Assembly: GCA_964247055.1 (NCBI GenBank) | Contig: OZ176050.1 | Span: 8,432,001-8,496,000, forward strand | Source: Paragordius varius | Lineage: Eukaryota; Animalia; Nematomorpha | Length of the DNA: 64,000 bases | Direction of reading: 5' to 3' | Shown: positions 37,164 to 49,780 of the stretch, one piece after another | Numbering within the stretch: position 1 is the first letter of the stretch | How the letters are laid out: each line of letters starts with the position of its first letter | Program-made: the position numbers and the translations under genes | Notes under the pieces: generated by a model | What the model was told of the DNA's origin: nothing | Databases searched by the model: none | What the model saw: only the letters and a program-made list of their open reading frames with translations

Positions 37164-40100
37164 ATGGAATTTTTGTATGAGTTGCCTACCCTGATTGGTA
37201 TCCTGAAAAAACAGTATCAAAAAATTATTTATGTTAGTTATTCCGATTTTCAAGTTTTTGAAATCGATACCGACGGAAAGTACGTTAGTCAAATATTGGA
37301 TTCCACAGTTCCCATAGTAAAACAAGATAATGAAAATGATAAGTTTTTATACGAAAAAGAGTGTGATTTTATTAACCAAAATATCACCGAAATATTCAAA
37401 ATTAAAGTTTAATAAAAAAATAATATCAGGTTAATGGTATGTCTAAAAGTTCCAGAAAGAGCGTTCATCAATGTGTGCGCAAATTATACCTGAACTTAAG
37501 AAGTGCCACTATGGATATTGACGATGAAAAGTACATTATGATCTATCATAAGGGTATAAATGGATTATTATTTTAGATAATGTAAATATTGTTCCAAATG
37601 ATCCAAAAGATAATAGGTCTGTTCCCAAGTATCTTCGTTTTATTCTTTACAAAGAAGGCATAGATACTCACATGGCTATAATGAAAATGGCACGTATACT
37701 TGGAATTAAGCAATCTAGATTTTCTTTTGCCGGTAATATTTAATAATTTTTATTATAAATTCTTTAGTTTTTTGCACTCTATATATTTTTATTGAACTGA
37801 ATGCCCTTGGGAAATGTTATTCGCCGACGACCTCGTGATAACGACACGATCATGGGATCAAATGATAAATACATATACCAAGTGGAAGAAATGCCTTGAA
37901 CAATATGGAATGATTATAAACGCCACAAAAACAAATATAATGATAACGGGTAAAAGTGAAACACCCAGATACCCCTGTTCCATTTGCAGTAAGGAAGTAC
38001 GTTCAAATTCCATTAAATGCATATCATGTCAAATGTGGGTACACAAAAAGTGCTCTAAAATAAAAGACAAATTAACAAATGTAATAAATTTTAAATGTTT
38101 AAATTGCTTAGACCCAAGCAATAATAATTTTAATCGACCAAAGCTACTTAACATTGATGGACATGACATCGAATTGGCAGACTCTTTTGTATACCTAGGA
38201 GATGTCATATCATTTTAGGGAAGCCCACAAAAGGCTATCAAAAGAAGAATACAACAAGGTTGGATAAAATATAATCAGCTAAAATTTTTCCAAAAACAAA
38301 AATGTTAACAATCGTAATAAATGGTATCTTTACAAGGTAGGAATAAGACCTGCTCTTACCTATGGTTCTAAAACCTGGGCATTAAACAAAACAAATCAAA
38401 TAAAACTCCTAACCAGTGAGAACCGAATACTCAAAAGCTGCTTTCGCATACCAGAATTACCAATTTTCATTAAAAAAAACCGATAAAATCGATTATATAA
38501 TTCAAACTAACAGATTGCGTCTATACGGTCATACTTAGAGAAGAGACGCCACCCATCCGTGAAAACATTAAAGTTGATGGCAATAGAAGAAAGGGACGAC
38601 CACTCTTTTCTTATAATGATAATATAAAAATGGACTTGAATCAACGTAGCCTTTCCACAGAACAATGTAAAGATCGTAATTTATGGAGGAAACTACTTCG
38701 TGGATACAAAACTCCGAATATGGAGTCCTAAAATTATCCATCTATTCATTAATTATTGGAGTTAGGTTTTGGATTGTTTAAAATAGAATAATAATTTGCC
38801 TGACCGCTTTCAAAGGCATTCATTTAGAATTTCGAATATATATTGTAAATTAAAAAACAAAATTTACCAATCAAATAGGTTTTATTAGACCCAATCAATG
38901 CATTTATTTTTTCAATCAGCCCTGTAAATGGTGCCTTCTGTTGATAAAAGAGTTATACTTCATGATTATTGGAGCGAATTATTATGTATATAATCTTGTG
39001 TCTAACTAATGATTCTTTAGGTCATTTTAAAACTGGACACCGCGTTAAAGTTGCAATAGAACTCCGTTGGCCAATTTTTCATTTATTCTTCGATTGAAAG
39101 ATACAATATTTTTATTTTAACTGATTATTTGATATCGATTGCCTATTGTGTATTGTCCTTATATAATTTTGCCATTTTTTAAATTATAAATATATAAAAA
39201 ATATATTTTTTTTTATATATTTAAGGTACCAAGGATAAGCGTGCCATATCAACCCAAAATGTTTGCGTTTTTAAAATAGCTGCGGAACAGCTAAATTCAT
39301 TAATCAACAATTATAAAAATAATTATAACATTCATAAAAACTCTTCCGAATCGGGACCTAATACAAATTCCCCAAATCACGAAACTGATGTTTTGTCAAA
39401 TGATAATGAAAGTAATTTATATTGTGACGATGTAATGCTTAACCGTGAGAACACAGAAATTATGACTGAAGAGAGTATTGAAATGGAAAATGGCGATTTA
39501 TCAAACAGTACTGTTTTAGAGGAGGAATCATTTCATGGCAAAGGATTTTTTAAAGTTGGACACTTTAAGTATGACACTAAGCCTTTGAGTTTGGGGGAGT
39601 TGAATGGGAATCATTTTCGCATCATAATTAGGTTTCGATACATAATCATTATATACTCTTAAAAATATATCAGTTTATGATTACATTATACATATATATT
39701 TTGTAAGTTTTTATACGACAAAATATTTTTTTATTTTCCTTTTTGTTATCTATGCCTAATTTATAATTTAGAAATATGCAATTTTTCGAAGCGCAACCGC
39801 AATCACATGACTGTTCACATTGTAATAATACTCTCAATTGTGATTGTATCAAGAAAGCAGTAAAAGCAACGCTAGAAAATTCGGTTAACACTATAAAGTG
39901 CTTGGGATTCGTTAATTATTTCGGTACTCAACGGTTTGGGATAAATAATGACACGTGTATAACTGGCAAATACCTCATAAAAGGGGATTATGGTCAAGCT
40001 CTGGCCACAATCCTTGATCCAAATAAACCAAAACTCATACCGGAATTAAGGCATTACCTGCTACAAAACGTATCCTGGTACAATCAACTTAAAGCAAAAC

Positions 40101-43100
40101 AAAACACACTTATATTTGGTGGGATTGATCATACGCTACCCTTTTATATGGAATTACCTGGTGATAGATTTTGGTCAAAATTGGCATGGCCAAGCATGTC
40201 AATGATCTCTAAATCACAATTTTTGACATCTCTTGAAAAGTTTTATCGGCATGCATATCCCAAAAATTATAACGATGATAATGACCAAAACCCTAACACT
40301 GCTATGGATAGCGTAAATACTTCCAATGAATCAAATAATGAAACATGTGATCTAAATTACAACTCTTTACCGCAACCTAATTTTGTAAGTCATTCTACAA
40401 ATTCTGTGCCCCACCGTAAAATACGAGATAGTATTGAATATCGTGTTATAAAAGCACTAACCACGTATGGCATTAAGGATGTATTGAAAATCTTCAATAC
40501 AGCTTTGCATCGTAACTTGCGTTTACTGTATGTCCACGCCTATCAAAGTTATATTTGGAATCGTGTTGCAAGCTTTATTATATCAACGAGACGGAAAAGT
40601 ACTGGCTCCAATATGCAAAATGATAATAGTGATAGTAATAGAACTAAGGAAGAAATCCTAAACATTGATAAAATATATGAATTGAAAGTTGGGGATATGG
40701 TGTATGATAACGATGTTTGTTCTCAACATTGTCCTAATAATGGTATGATATGCATAATAATGATGTAGATTTTTCATTAAATTCTTAAAATTTCGTTTTT
40801 TGAAGAATTTGAAATTATATAATTTTTTATTGATAACAAATTGCTTTTCAATACTATTAACACAGGTAAACCCTTAAATTAAAATTCTAATAAATCCCTA
40901 GTTTCGGTTTATTCTGTTTTTTTGTATTGCTTACAATATAAAAGTTTCAAAATATTATGAATTGTTAACTAAGTCGATTACAATCTTATTAACCGATTAT
41001 CATTATAATTTAAATTCTGTGCTACACTCTTTATATGAAGGACAGAGAGAATTATTCCATAATATATATATAATTGCCTTTGTTTGGAATTCGTTATCAC
41101 TGTATTTACCAATTAAATATATATTACCCATTTTATTTTCCTTTTTTTAACTAGCTATATTTTTTGCAATTTTAGAGGTAGAAGCCTATACCAACGCCCC
41201 AAAGGCAAAAAAATTGAAAAAGGACATAAAAAATGATGGATTAAATAGGTACAAACCATCGATTGTACGTGTAACGGATACGAATTTGTCCAAATATTCA
41301 TTTTCAGATATGGTCATCCCTTTGCCTGGCTTCGCTATTGAATATCCATCTAGTCCAGATATTTTAGGCGCTTATAAAACCTATCTTGCCTATGATGATT
41401 TAAGGTTTTTTGAATGAAATATTTTATTTTGGATATATTAAATTTTTTTTCTTTTAAAAACGCTAAATATTTTGTTCAATAGTATAAATGATTTTAAGCA
41501 CAATGTCAAAACGTTATCCCTACCCGGTGATTATAGAAAACTCATTGAACGGCCAAAAGATATGGACGCTTCGATTTTAAGTAAATCTTTTGTAAAATTA
41601 GACACCTAATACTGCTTTTATATAGGCAGGAAATGTATTAGGTCAAAAATATGTCATATATGACAGTCTGAAAGAACTCAATCAGTATAAACACCTTTTT
41701 ATTAGAAACAAAAATTTAATTAAACGTTTAACGTGTCTTTTAATATGCTTAATAGTTAGTTTAAATATCCTAAATTAGATAATAAATTTTTTATTTAACT
41801 GCAAATTAATTATAATACAGGTTTTTAAATATTTTTGATAAAAGTTAACCACAAACCCGACTTCTCTATGAAAATATCATATGTAACCATGGATATAAAC
41901 CTGCTTTATAAATAGTTTTTTTAAACATAAAAGCCTACATTCTGTTGGCTATGCTCTATCTCACCTGCCTAGTGTAAAGATAATTTTTTTATGAATATTA
42001 AAACTACGAATCGGTATCACAAAATGAAATTATTTTTTTATCGGGATGAATTCGTAACAACTTCTAAATTTTTATTGACTCTTAATGAATATTTATTACA
42101 ACATATCTTTAAGAGGACTGAAATTTAAAAATCTAATAGTTTTTAAATTAATATATATGCATATAAATATCTTTTATTTTGTTCATTTGTCGCTATATAT
42201 TTTGAGAATTGGCCAGATACAACGTAATTATATTTTACATTAAAATATGTATTTTTTAGCTTAATATTTAGAGGTGTTTATAATTACTCAAAAGACTATA
42301 AAATTTATTAAACATCTTTTTATTATGGTTGAATCTAACAGAGAAAATTAATATAACTGCTATTTAAATATCTTTCATTTATTATTATTATGGTATAGTA
42401 GGTAGGGCGCCGGACTCTTACACTGCGTGCCTGAGCTCGAACCCCGAAACTACGCATTTTTTCCATCATCACTGTCAGCCCTGGGCAGGCGAGTGTTAAA
42501 GCCTTCACAGGTCCTGATACAATTTAAGTCCTTACCCTTTAATAAAAAAAGGAAGAAAGAGACTCTAAACTGTATATTTTATATATAGGTATTATTGGTT
42601 TGGCCCAGTTATTGGGATTCCATGGATTAATTTACGGTATATGTCTCTATCATTTGTTGCGTTTCGAGGTATGTTCAGGAATTTAAAGTCTTGTTCTATG
42701 ATTTGAGTCCAAGTTGTTTTAGGCCTCCCTTTACGGTTGGGGGCAGGAATCTGTAAATCAAGAATTTCCTTTGCAGGTGAGTCTATACTGGATCTGTCTA
42801 TGTGTCCAAAATACCGAAGTCTATTTGTTCTGATAAAAGCTGTTATTGGTTCTAGTTCAATGGTAGGATTTATCATCATATATTTTATCATTTTATCTTC
42901 CGTTCTTTTCAATCTCGATTCTAATGTTTTTGTGATTGCCCAGGTTTCGCTGGCGTAGGTAAGGGTAGGGCGGACACCCACTTTATACATTTTGATTTTA
43001 TTTTTTACGGTTATGTCTTTATGTGTCAATACATATTTGAGTTGGTTAAATTTTGCCCAGCCGAGTTTGATTCTATGTGATATGGTTGTTTGAGGGTCCC

Positions 43101-44988
43101 CATTATTATTACTGATATTACCTAAATAGGTGAAATCGTTGACGATTTCGAACCTACAATCTTCGATACTAAACTCCCTTGTTTTAGGGATGTTTGGTTT
43201 CCCTGATATACATCTTTGGCATTTAAAATTTTTATTGTCGACTAATTTTCCTTTCAAGTTAGAACATTTTTTATGAACCCACATTTTACACGATGTGCAT
43301 AGAATGGAATTTGTTTTAACCTCGTTGTAACAAATGGAGCAAGGGTATTTTAAGGTCCTTTTTTCATCACCTGTGATCATTACCTTCGTCTTTTCTATGT
43401 TTATTTTTAGCCCATGTTTTTCGAAACAGTTATTCCATTTAAGGTATGAGCTTTTCAGTTCATGAGCTGTTTTTGCTGTTATAACCAAGTCGTCAGCATA
43501 CAGCATGTTCCATGGTGGAACAGCTGCAAAGTCTCTGCTTATGTAATCCATTATTATTATAAACAGTTGTGGGCTTAGTGTTGAGCCCTGATGGAGTCCT
43601 ATATTAATATTAAAATAATTTGTGTTTCCGACTGGTGTTTTAACGCAGCTTTGTGCATGTTCATACAGGAGCATTATTAATTTTATTAAATATTCCTCGA
43701 TTTTTTGATACCTTAATGCCTCAATTATGAGGTGTCTGGGTATTGTGTCAAACGCTCTTTCCAGATCTATAAAGATGTGGAACAGCTTATGACCTTTTGC
43801 AAGGTATTTTTCTTGTAGGCGATTTAAAATAAAAATGGGTTCCGATGTGCTTTTACCTTCTTGAAAAGCAAATTGATTTTTATTTATTGTTATATTTTTG
43901 ATTCTATTTTTGATAACTGTTTCAAAGATTTTCATTCCGTGCTCCAAAAGTTTTAATGGGCGGTAGTTGGAGCAATCAAGGGCATCTCCTTTATTTTTAT
44001 AAACGGGGTAAATGTAGCTTTTGTCCCAATCGGTTGGTATTGTGTTGCTTTTGTATACCAAATTAAACAGCTCTACCAAAAATTTAACAGTTATTGGTGT
44101 GGCCTTCATTAAATCTGCAGAGATCTCAGAGGGCCCAGTGGCTTTGTTAGATTTCATGTTTTTCATTACTATTGCTATTTCGTCTGGAGTGAATTCCTGA
44201 ATGGGGCCTTGTATGGCAGGATTTTCATGTGTAGTAACCTTAGATTCAGGGGGGTTAAATTTAGTTTTCATAAATTTTTCCCATCTGTTTATTATGTCGT
44301 TGGGATTGATAAGAATATTATGTTCATCATCTTTAACGCAACGAATATTTTTGATATCCTTTTGGTTTTGATTGTAGTTTTTGATTTTTCTAAATATTGT
44401 CATATTATTTATGTCCTTTTCCAGCTCGTCTGCCATTTCCATACAACGTTTATTTTTTAAATCCTTAATAGTTTTGTTCACCAGTTTTTTGTATTGATTG
44501 TATATGATTTGGTCTTCATTATTTTTTGATTTCTTCCATTTTTTATGTAGCTCGTTTTTTTCTCAGGAGTAAGGGTTTCACACTGTCATCCCACCACCAA
44601 TTGGGTTGTCGCGAACTTTTCTTTTTCCTTCCACACCATTTTTCAGCATTATTCATTATCGTTTGTTTGTAGTTTTTCCATCTAATAAATAAACACCTAA
44701 TAGCCATTATTCAAAGAAATGACAATAGAGTCAAATATCAATAATACTTTTATTTCATTTTAATTTTTAAGTTCTTTACCTATTTATAACTCATCTCTTA
44801 TTGATGATGTTATATAGAGAAATATCATATTTGACTATATTATTAACTTTTACATTATTTAAGGTGATTGTGATTATCCAGATTCTTTCGATGTCTCATT
44901 GCAATTCTCACTCCCACCATCGTCATACGCAACTGTTTGCCTTAGAGAATTAATGCATCAACATGAAACTTATCTTGTGCATTTATAA
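37164..44988 (+). CDS. PUS7: Pseudouridine synthase 7 (TruD family), multi-exon
   Basis: GILKK(H)YSDFQVFEID, YLRFILYKE, FAG|TKDKRAISTQ (catalytic Asp, about 39226), GFVNYFGTQRFG, YVHAYQSYIWN, DMVIPLPG, LPGDYRKLI, FSLPPSSYATVCLRELM; start codon and penultimate exon(s) not fully resolved. Confidence 0.92.
37801..38730 (+). mobile_element. 5'-truncated, frameshifted RTE-like LINE fragment (PHD-finger RT family) in PUS7 intron 4
   Basis: PWEMLFADDLV..INATKTNIM, then CSIC..CISC..H..C..C..C, FVYLG; downstream VRPALTYGSKTW-like and LRLYGHT..GRP motifs in broken frames. Confidence 0.85.
42391..42577 (+). mobile_element. tRNA-derived SINE (head resembles tRNA-Lys CTT)
   Basis: A-box-like TGGTATAGTAGG, GACTCTTA anticodon-arm remnant, B-box-like GAGCTCGAACCCC; about 130-bp body shared with 45337-45503. 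Confidence 0.7.
42590..44685 (-). mobile_element. RTE-like non-LTR retrotransposon, 5'-truncated, with an intact 629-aa RT-region ORF (42592-44481)
   Basis: KATGPSEI, PVYKNKGD, NYRPLKLL, NQFAFQEG, FIDLERAFD, GLHQGSTLSP, YADD, FTYLG, LRYFGH, GRPKTTW; upstream NWWWDDSVK linker in a shifted frame; no endonuclease domain left. Confidence 0.93.
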
Positions 44989-45336
44989 ATAAATTACACT
45001 AAATACTATTTTGCTTTCAATATAATTTTTTTAAAGGTATTTTTGGCCCAAACGGCGATAAGGTAGTGTTTGTGTATAAATGCGGATTTTCTGATTCTAC
45101 GTTTCTCGATAATTGTATTTTCAATAATTATATTTTTTAATAATGCATTATTTCTTGCCGGTAAAATAAGTTAAAAAAGCAAATATTGCTTTTGGGTCTA
45201 AATATTTACAATCATATAGTATTTGAAATTATTTGTCAGGTCTGTTTTGATTTTAGGACTTAAGAACGTATACTCCATGATGTATCCTATATTTTTATAT
45301 ATTTAATGCACTTTGCAATTAATTATACGCTATGAA

Positions 45337-45503
45337 GACCGGATGGTATAGCAGGAAGGGAATGTCAGAGTGCAAAACCCCGAAACTATACAATTTTTTC
45401 ATCATCAATGTCAGCCCTCTGGGCGAGTGTTAAAGTCATCATAAATCCTGATACAATTTAATCCTTACCCTTTCATAAAGAGAAAAAGAGACTTAACTGT
45501 ATA
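45337..45503 (+). mobile_element. tRNA-derived SINE, second copy
   Basis: GACCGGATGGTATAGCAGG head and a body matching 42391-42577 (CCCGAAACT..CATCATC..TGTCAGCCC..GGCGAGTGTTAAAG..CCTGATACAATTTA..CCTTACCCTTT). Confidence 0.7.
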
Positions 45504-45506
45504 CAT

Positions 45507-46560
45507 GGTAGGGTCATAAGTTTTTACCGGTTTTTTGAAAAAAAAAACGTGTAATTGAAAGAATTTGGATTATTTATTTTAACATCGGCTTCTACACGTT
45601 TCGCCCATTTCTCGATTATATGATTGCCATGTTACAAACTGATTGTCTTTTGCGGAAAACTATTTGTCAATTTAATATCTAACGTGGAAATTATGGAGGT
45701 GCTGCCCTGCCATGTTTGTCATATTGATGGAAAGTTGTATTATTCAGATGGCAGGTCAGGAAAGTTCAGCGGCAAAGTGATTTTTAGCTTATTTTATTGG
45801 TTTTGTTGAGTCATGCGGAGTATTTATGTAGCAAAATCACTTTGTCCACTAATCCCTTCCGGTTGTTTTTTAATGAAAACATTAATAAATTTATCATTGT
45901 GTGCTCTAGCGTTGTAACCGTTTTACGGTTTTTGAAAATTCCAATACCTAATACCGCACGGGTCCTGCCAGATACGAAGCATGGTTCTTGCCAAAGCGAT
46001 TTGGCCTTGGTGCTGAACCGGCTTACGTGGTGAAAGCCCCGATTTTTCCGCTTTGGATTTTCAAAATAATGCCATTTCTCATAACCCGTATCATTTTGAT
46101 GCAAAAATTATTTCTTTTCGTGACGTGGAAGCAGGATTTAACAGTTTACTTTGCGATTTTTGATTTGACGTTTATTTAAGTTGTTAGGGTCCCATTTACT
46201 AATTTTATTGCCCTTTTACAATGCTCGTAGACGTCTACTGATTGTTTTTTGTGTTACATATAATTCTTACCGATTTTTGTTATGTTTAAGTCCAATAACT
46301 GCATTTAGCTTTTTCGCAGTTGTGTGGTCTACCAGAGCCCACTTTCTTCCACAAATCACCTCTTTTCAATTTTTAAAACCATATTTCATATGTTAAAATT
46401 AATGGAATATGTTCACCATATGTTTTTACTAGCAAACGATGACTTTCTACCTTTGCATGCGTGCCGCATTTATTTTGAGCACAAGGTTGACTTGATTCAT
46501 GAATGGGGTATGTATAAATATAATCGTCTGCGTACTTTACTCAGATGTCCTCTCCTAATT
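45507..46560 (-). mobile_element. Decayed mariner element
   Basis: Fragmented minus-strand translation: RLLVKTYGEH..WF..KRGD (HTH region), GRP, TGYEKWHYFENPKRK (TGDEKW..YDN motif), VILLH; many stops and frameshifts; TIRs not resolved. Confidence 0.8.
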
Positions 46561-46757
46561 TAACTAACTTATGATTACACCTGGTTTTTTTAGACTAGTC
46601 TGTTCGCTTAATTTACAGATCATAAATAATTTTTTAGATACTTTTAATACATTGATTCATGTAAAACTGTTTATCTTCGGATTATAAATATTCTTGAACG
46701 TATTCATTTTTTTAAAAAACGGGAAGCACATTTATAGATTTTTTTAATAACCTAAAT

Positions 46758-49181
46758 CAGTGGTACTCACCAAAAAAATTTGACTGGCCAAATAAAATAT
46801 ATTTTTTTTTCGAGGGCCATAAATCTTATAATGGCAAATATTCTATAGCTATTTAACACATATGCACATATTTATACTGTAAATCAGCACAATGAATTTT
46901 TTGCGGATCGCATGTAAATTCAGCTAAAAATTGGTTTACCATTTAGTTTAAAAAATTAAAATATTTTGATAACAATTTTTATTTCGATATTAACCAATTT
47001 TTTGACAAATTTGGTTTCACCTCATGACAGGCCAATCTTAATACATCGTCCATATGATCATCGGTTAAGCAGTTTCTGTATGTATTCTTTACATATTTTA
47101 TTTTTGAATATGACATCTCACACGTATAAGTTGAGGGAAAAAGAGTTAGGATAACTTGAGCACATTTTTTTATATTATCATATTTATTTGGCACATCTTG
47201 TCAAAACTCTACATATCTTTCTTCTCTAAGATTCTCTTTGAACATCCAAATTGGAATTTTTAAAATCTACGAAGTCTTCAATGATATGCGCCCGATCAAA
47301 ACCGAAATCATCTTGTTTAATATTGAATATATCCATATGCCATGGATATTTAACGAGTTTTAAGCAATTTTTAATATATCTTAATTTTTGAAATCTGAAT
47401 TACATCTCATTAGATAAAAATGTTAGTTGATCTATTATTAAATTAATCTCCGCGGTAAATTCTATATTTTCTTCATGAATCGTTTTAAGTGTTGGAAAAT
47501 ATAGATCTAGTTTATATTAATAATTTTTAAAAGATATTTCATTAGTGGGTTATTATTTTGCTTCCTTGACGACGTATTAAAAAAGTTTATAAGTAATGTC
47601 GCAAAGGCAGGCTAATAAAACCCACCAAATGTCATTATTAATTTTCTCGTCAAACTTTCTGTTATCTTTTATAAATAATAGAATTTCATGTCCTAAAACA
47701 ATAAATCTATTTAATACTTTGCTAAGGCTTAGCCATCTCACAGCGGTGTACAAAAGAATATAATCAAACACTGTGGATATCTTTCAGAAGGTTTTTATTT
47801 ACGGCGGCTGAATTCTCTGCCACGGATATGGTTAACTATATCCACAACCGTTTTAATTACTGAATTGAGTGATTCATCTTTTACACGCGAAACCAAGTTT
47901 TGTGATGAATAAAGCAGTGAAAGGATAAAATATTTTGCAAATTATATTTGTTTTTCAAAAGAGGAATACATCCTTTGGTTATTCCAATCATAGATGGACA
48001 GCCATCTATGCAGATCGAAACCAATTTTTCATAGATATACCATTATTATCGAAAAAAGTGTTAATTATTTCGAGAAAATCACTTCCTTTCGTGGTATTAT
48101 TCATTGGTAAAAATTTTAAATATTTATTGTTGATTATGTTGTCGTTGCAAAATATTACGAAGAGCACACTTTGAGGTGTTGTACTAATATCAGTGCTAAA
48201 ATCAATAGTTTTTCTAAAATATTTGCAGTTTTTCAGAGCTATATTTAGACATATCTTCAATGCGTCGAGCACATATTCCAGAAAGTTGAAGTTTTTTAAT
48301 TTGCCTCATGATTTAATTTATATAAAATTTATCAAATAAAAAAGTGCAACCATTTATTAGACATTCTTTTAGTTGGGAATCAGTAAACGGTTTCATATTT
48401 TTTCATAAACTATAACAAATTTCATACGAAGCTAATTATACAACTTTTTCCTGAGAGAAAGCTATGGACATAATAGATTTTCCTTTTTGGTATAATTCGT
48501 TTTTCCTCATAATTTTCTGGTATATGAGAAAAATAAATTTTAAAATTATTTTAATATTGTATTTTTTTATAATTATGTTGTCCTTAATAAGGCAAACAAC
48601 ATTTTTATTTTAAACGAAAAAGAATTTTTCTTCCCATTCTATTTTAAAGGGCGATTTTTATCGGATAATTTACGTTTTTTAGCATTAGATGTCATCCTTT
48701 AAATTTATGTTTAAATATTATGTAAATTTTTTCAAAACATAGGAATATAATTTGAATTACGCTATAAAATAACAAGTTGAAATTTAATGATGTTTATTTG
48801 AAAAATATTTAATGGGAATGATTTATAAAAAATGAGGCAGGATAGCTATGAAAAGATTATGTATATGCATGTTTGGATGAAAGGCTTGCTTAAATACAAA
48901 AAAAGAATGCAATAAAAATTTCAAAGTAGAAAAGAAAATAGAATACAGAAACAGAAATATGGTGTGCCAAAATTTTGAAATTATTTTAAAGGTACATTTC
49001 AAATTGGGTAAAAAATAAAAATTACCAAAATTAAATCTTAAGAAAATTAATTAATATTAAAATAATCGAAAATTGGTTTATGTGTTAAAAAAATAATATA
49101 AGTATCAATGTGGTCATAGGGCAATTTTAAAGCACTCTTAGGGCCGCATGCGGCCCGCGGGCCGCGGTTTGAGTATCACTG
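46758..49181 (-). mobile_element. hAT (Charlie/GTF2IRD2-FAM200-like) transposon, decayed, with 8-bp TSD
   Basis: TIRs CAGTGGTACTCA / TGAGTATCACTG, TSD ACCTAAAT on both sides (46750-46757, 49182-49189), GCGGCCCGCGGGCCGC subterminal motif; remnants TAVRWLS, LFPSTYTCEMSYSKIKYVK..RNCLTD, FSTD..TTKGSD. Confidence 0.92.
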
Positions 49182-49780
49182 ACCTAAATAATAAAACGTT
49201 TGTTTTTTAACATACGCACGATCATATTTGGGTCTACCGATCTTTAAATTAACTTGATGTAAATTCGAAATTATAAATATTTGAAACAGGAAATATTGTG
49301 GATTTATTGCAAAGTAAGTAATGAATTTATGATTAAAGTATTTTATTTAAATGATTGACTTTTAATTAAAGATATTATATTAAAAATATTTTTGTCAAGC
49401 AATAATATATAACTGGAAAACGATATGACACATATACAAATATGAGTCAATCGTGACTGTAATGGGATATTTCGAAAAATTCGTTCAAACAATACGAAGA
49501 CAATGGTTTTTATGTTAATTTAGGTTATTTTTAATTCTCACATTTTAGGGAGTCGCTCTTCCATACATCATAGCTGTTAATTAAATGTATGTTTGTTTAT
49601 GATTACTATAAATAACAAATTAAAGGAATATTTTCAAATAACTTTGATATTAACATATCTTAGCAGTCAAAGGGAAATGTAGAATTATTTAATAACAATT
49701 TATTTTTTTATATCAGCTGAAAATCGTATATTTTATTTTGTTAAAAAAGATGAAATGATATTGCTTATATTATTTCTTAT

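Noticed and set aside
38940-39125. Possible C/D-box snoRNA in a PUS7 intron
   Set aside because: ATGAT and CTGA boxes are frequent in AT-rich DNA; no terminal stem or rRNA-complementary guide identified.
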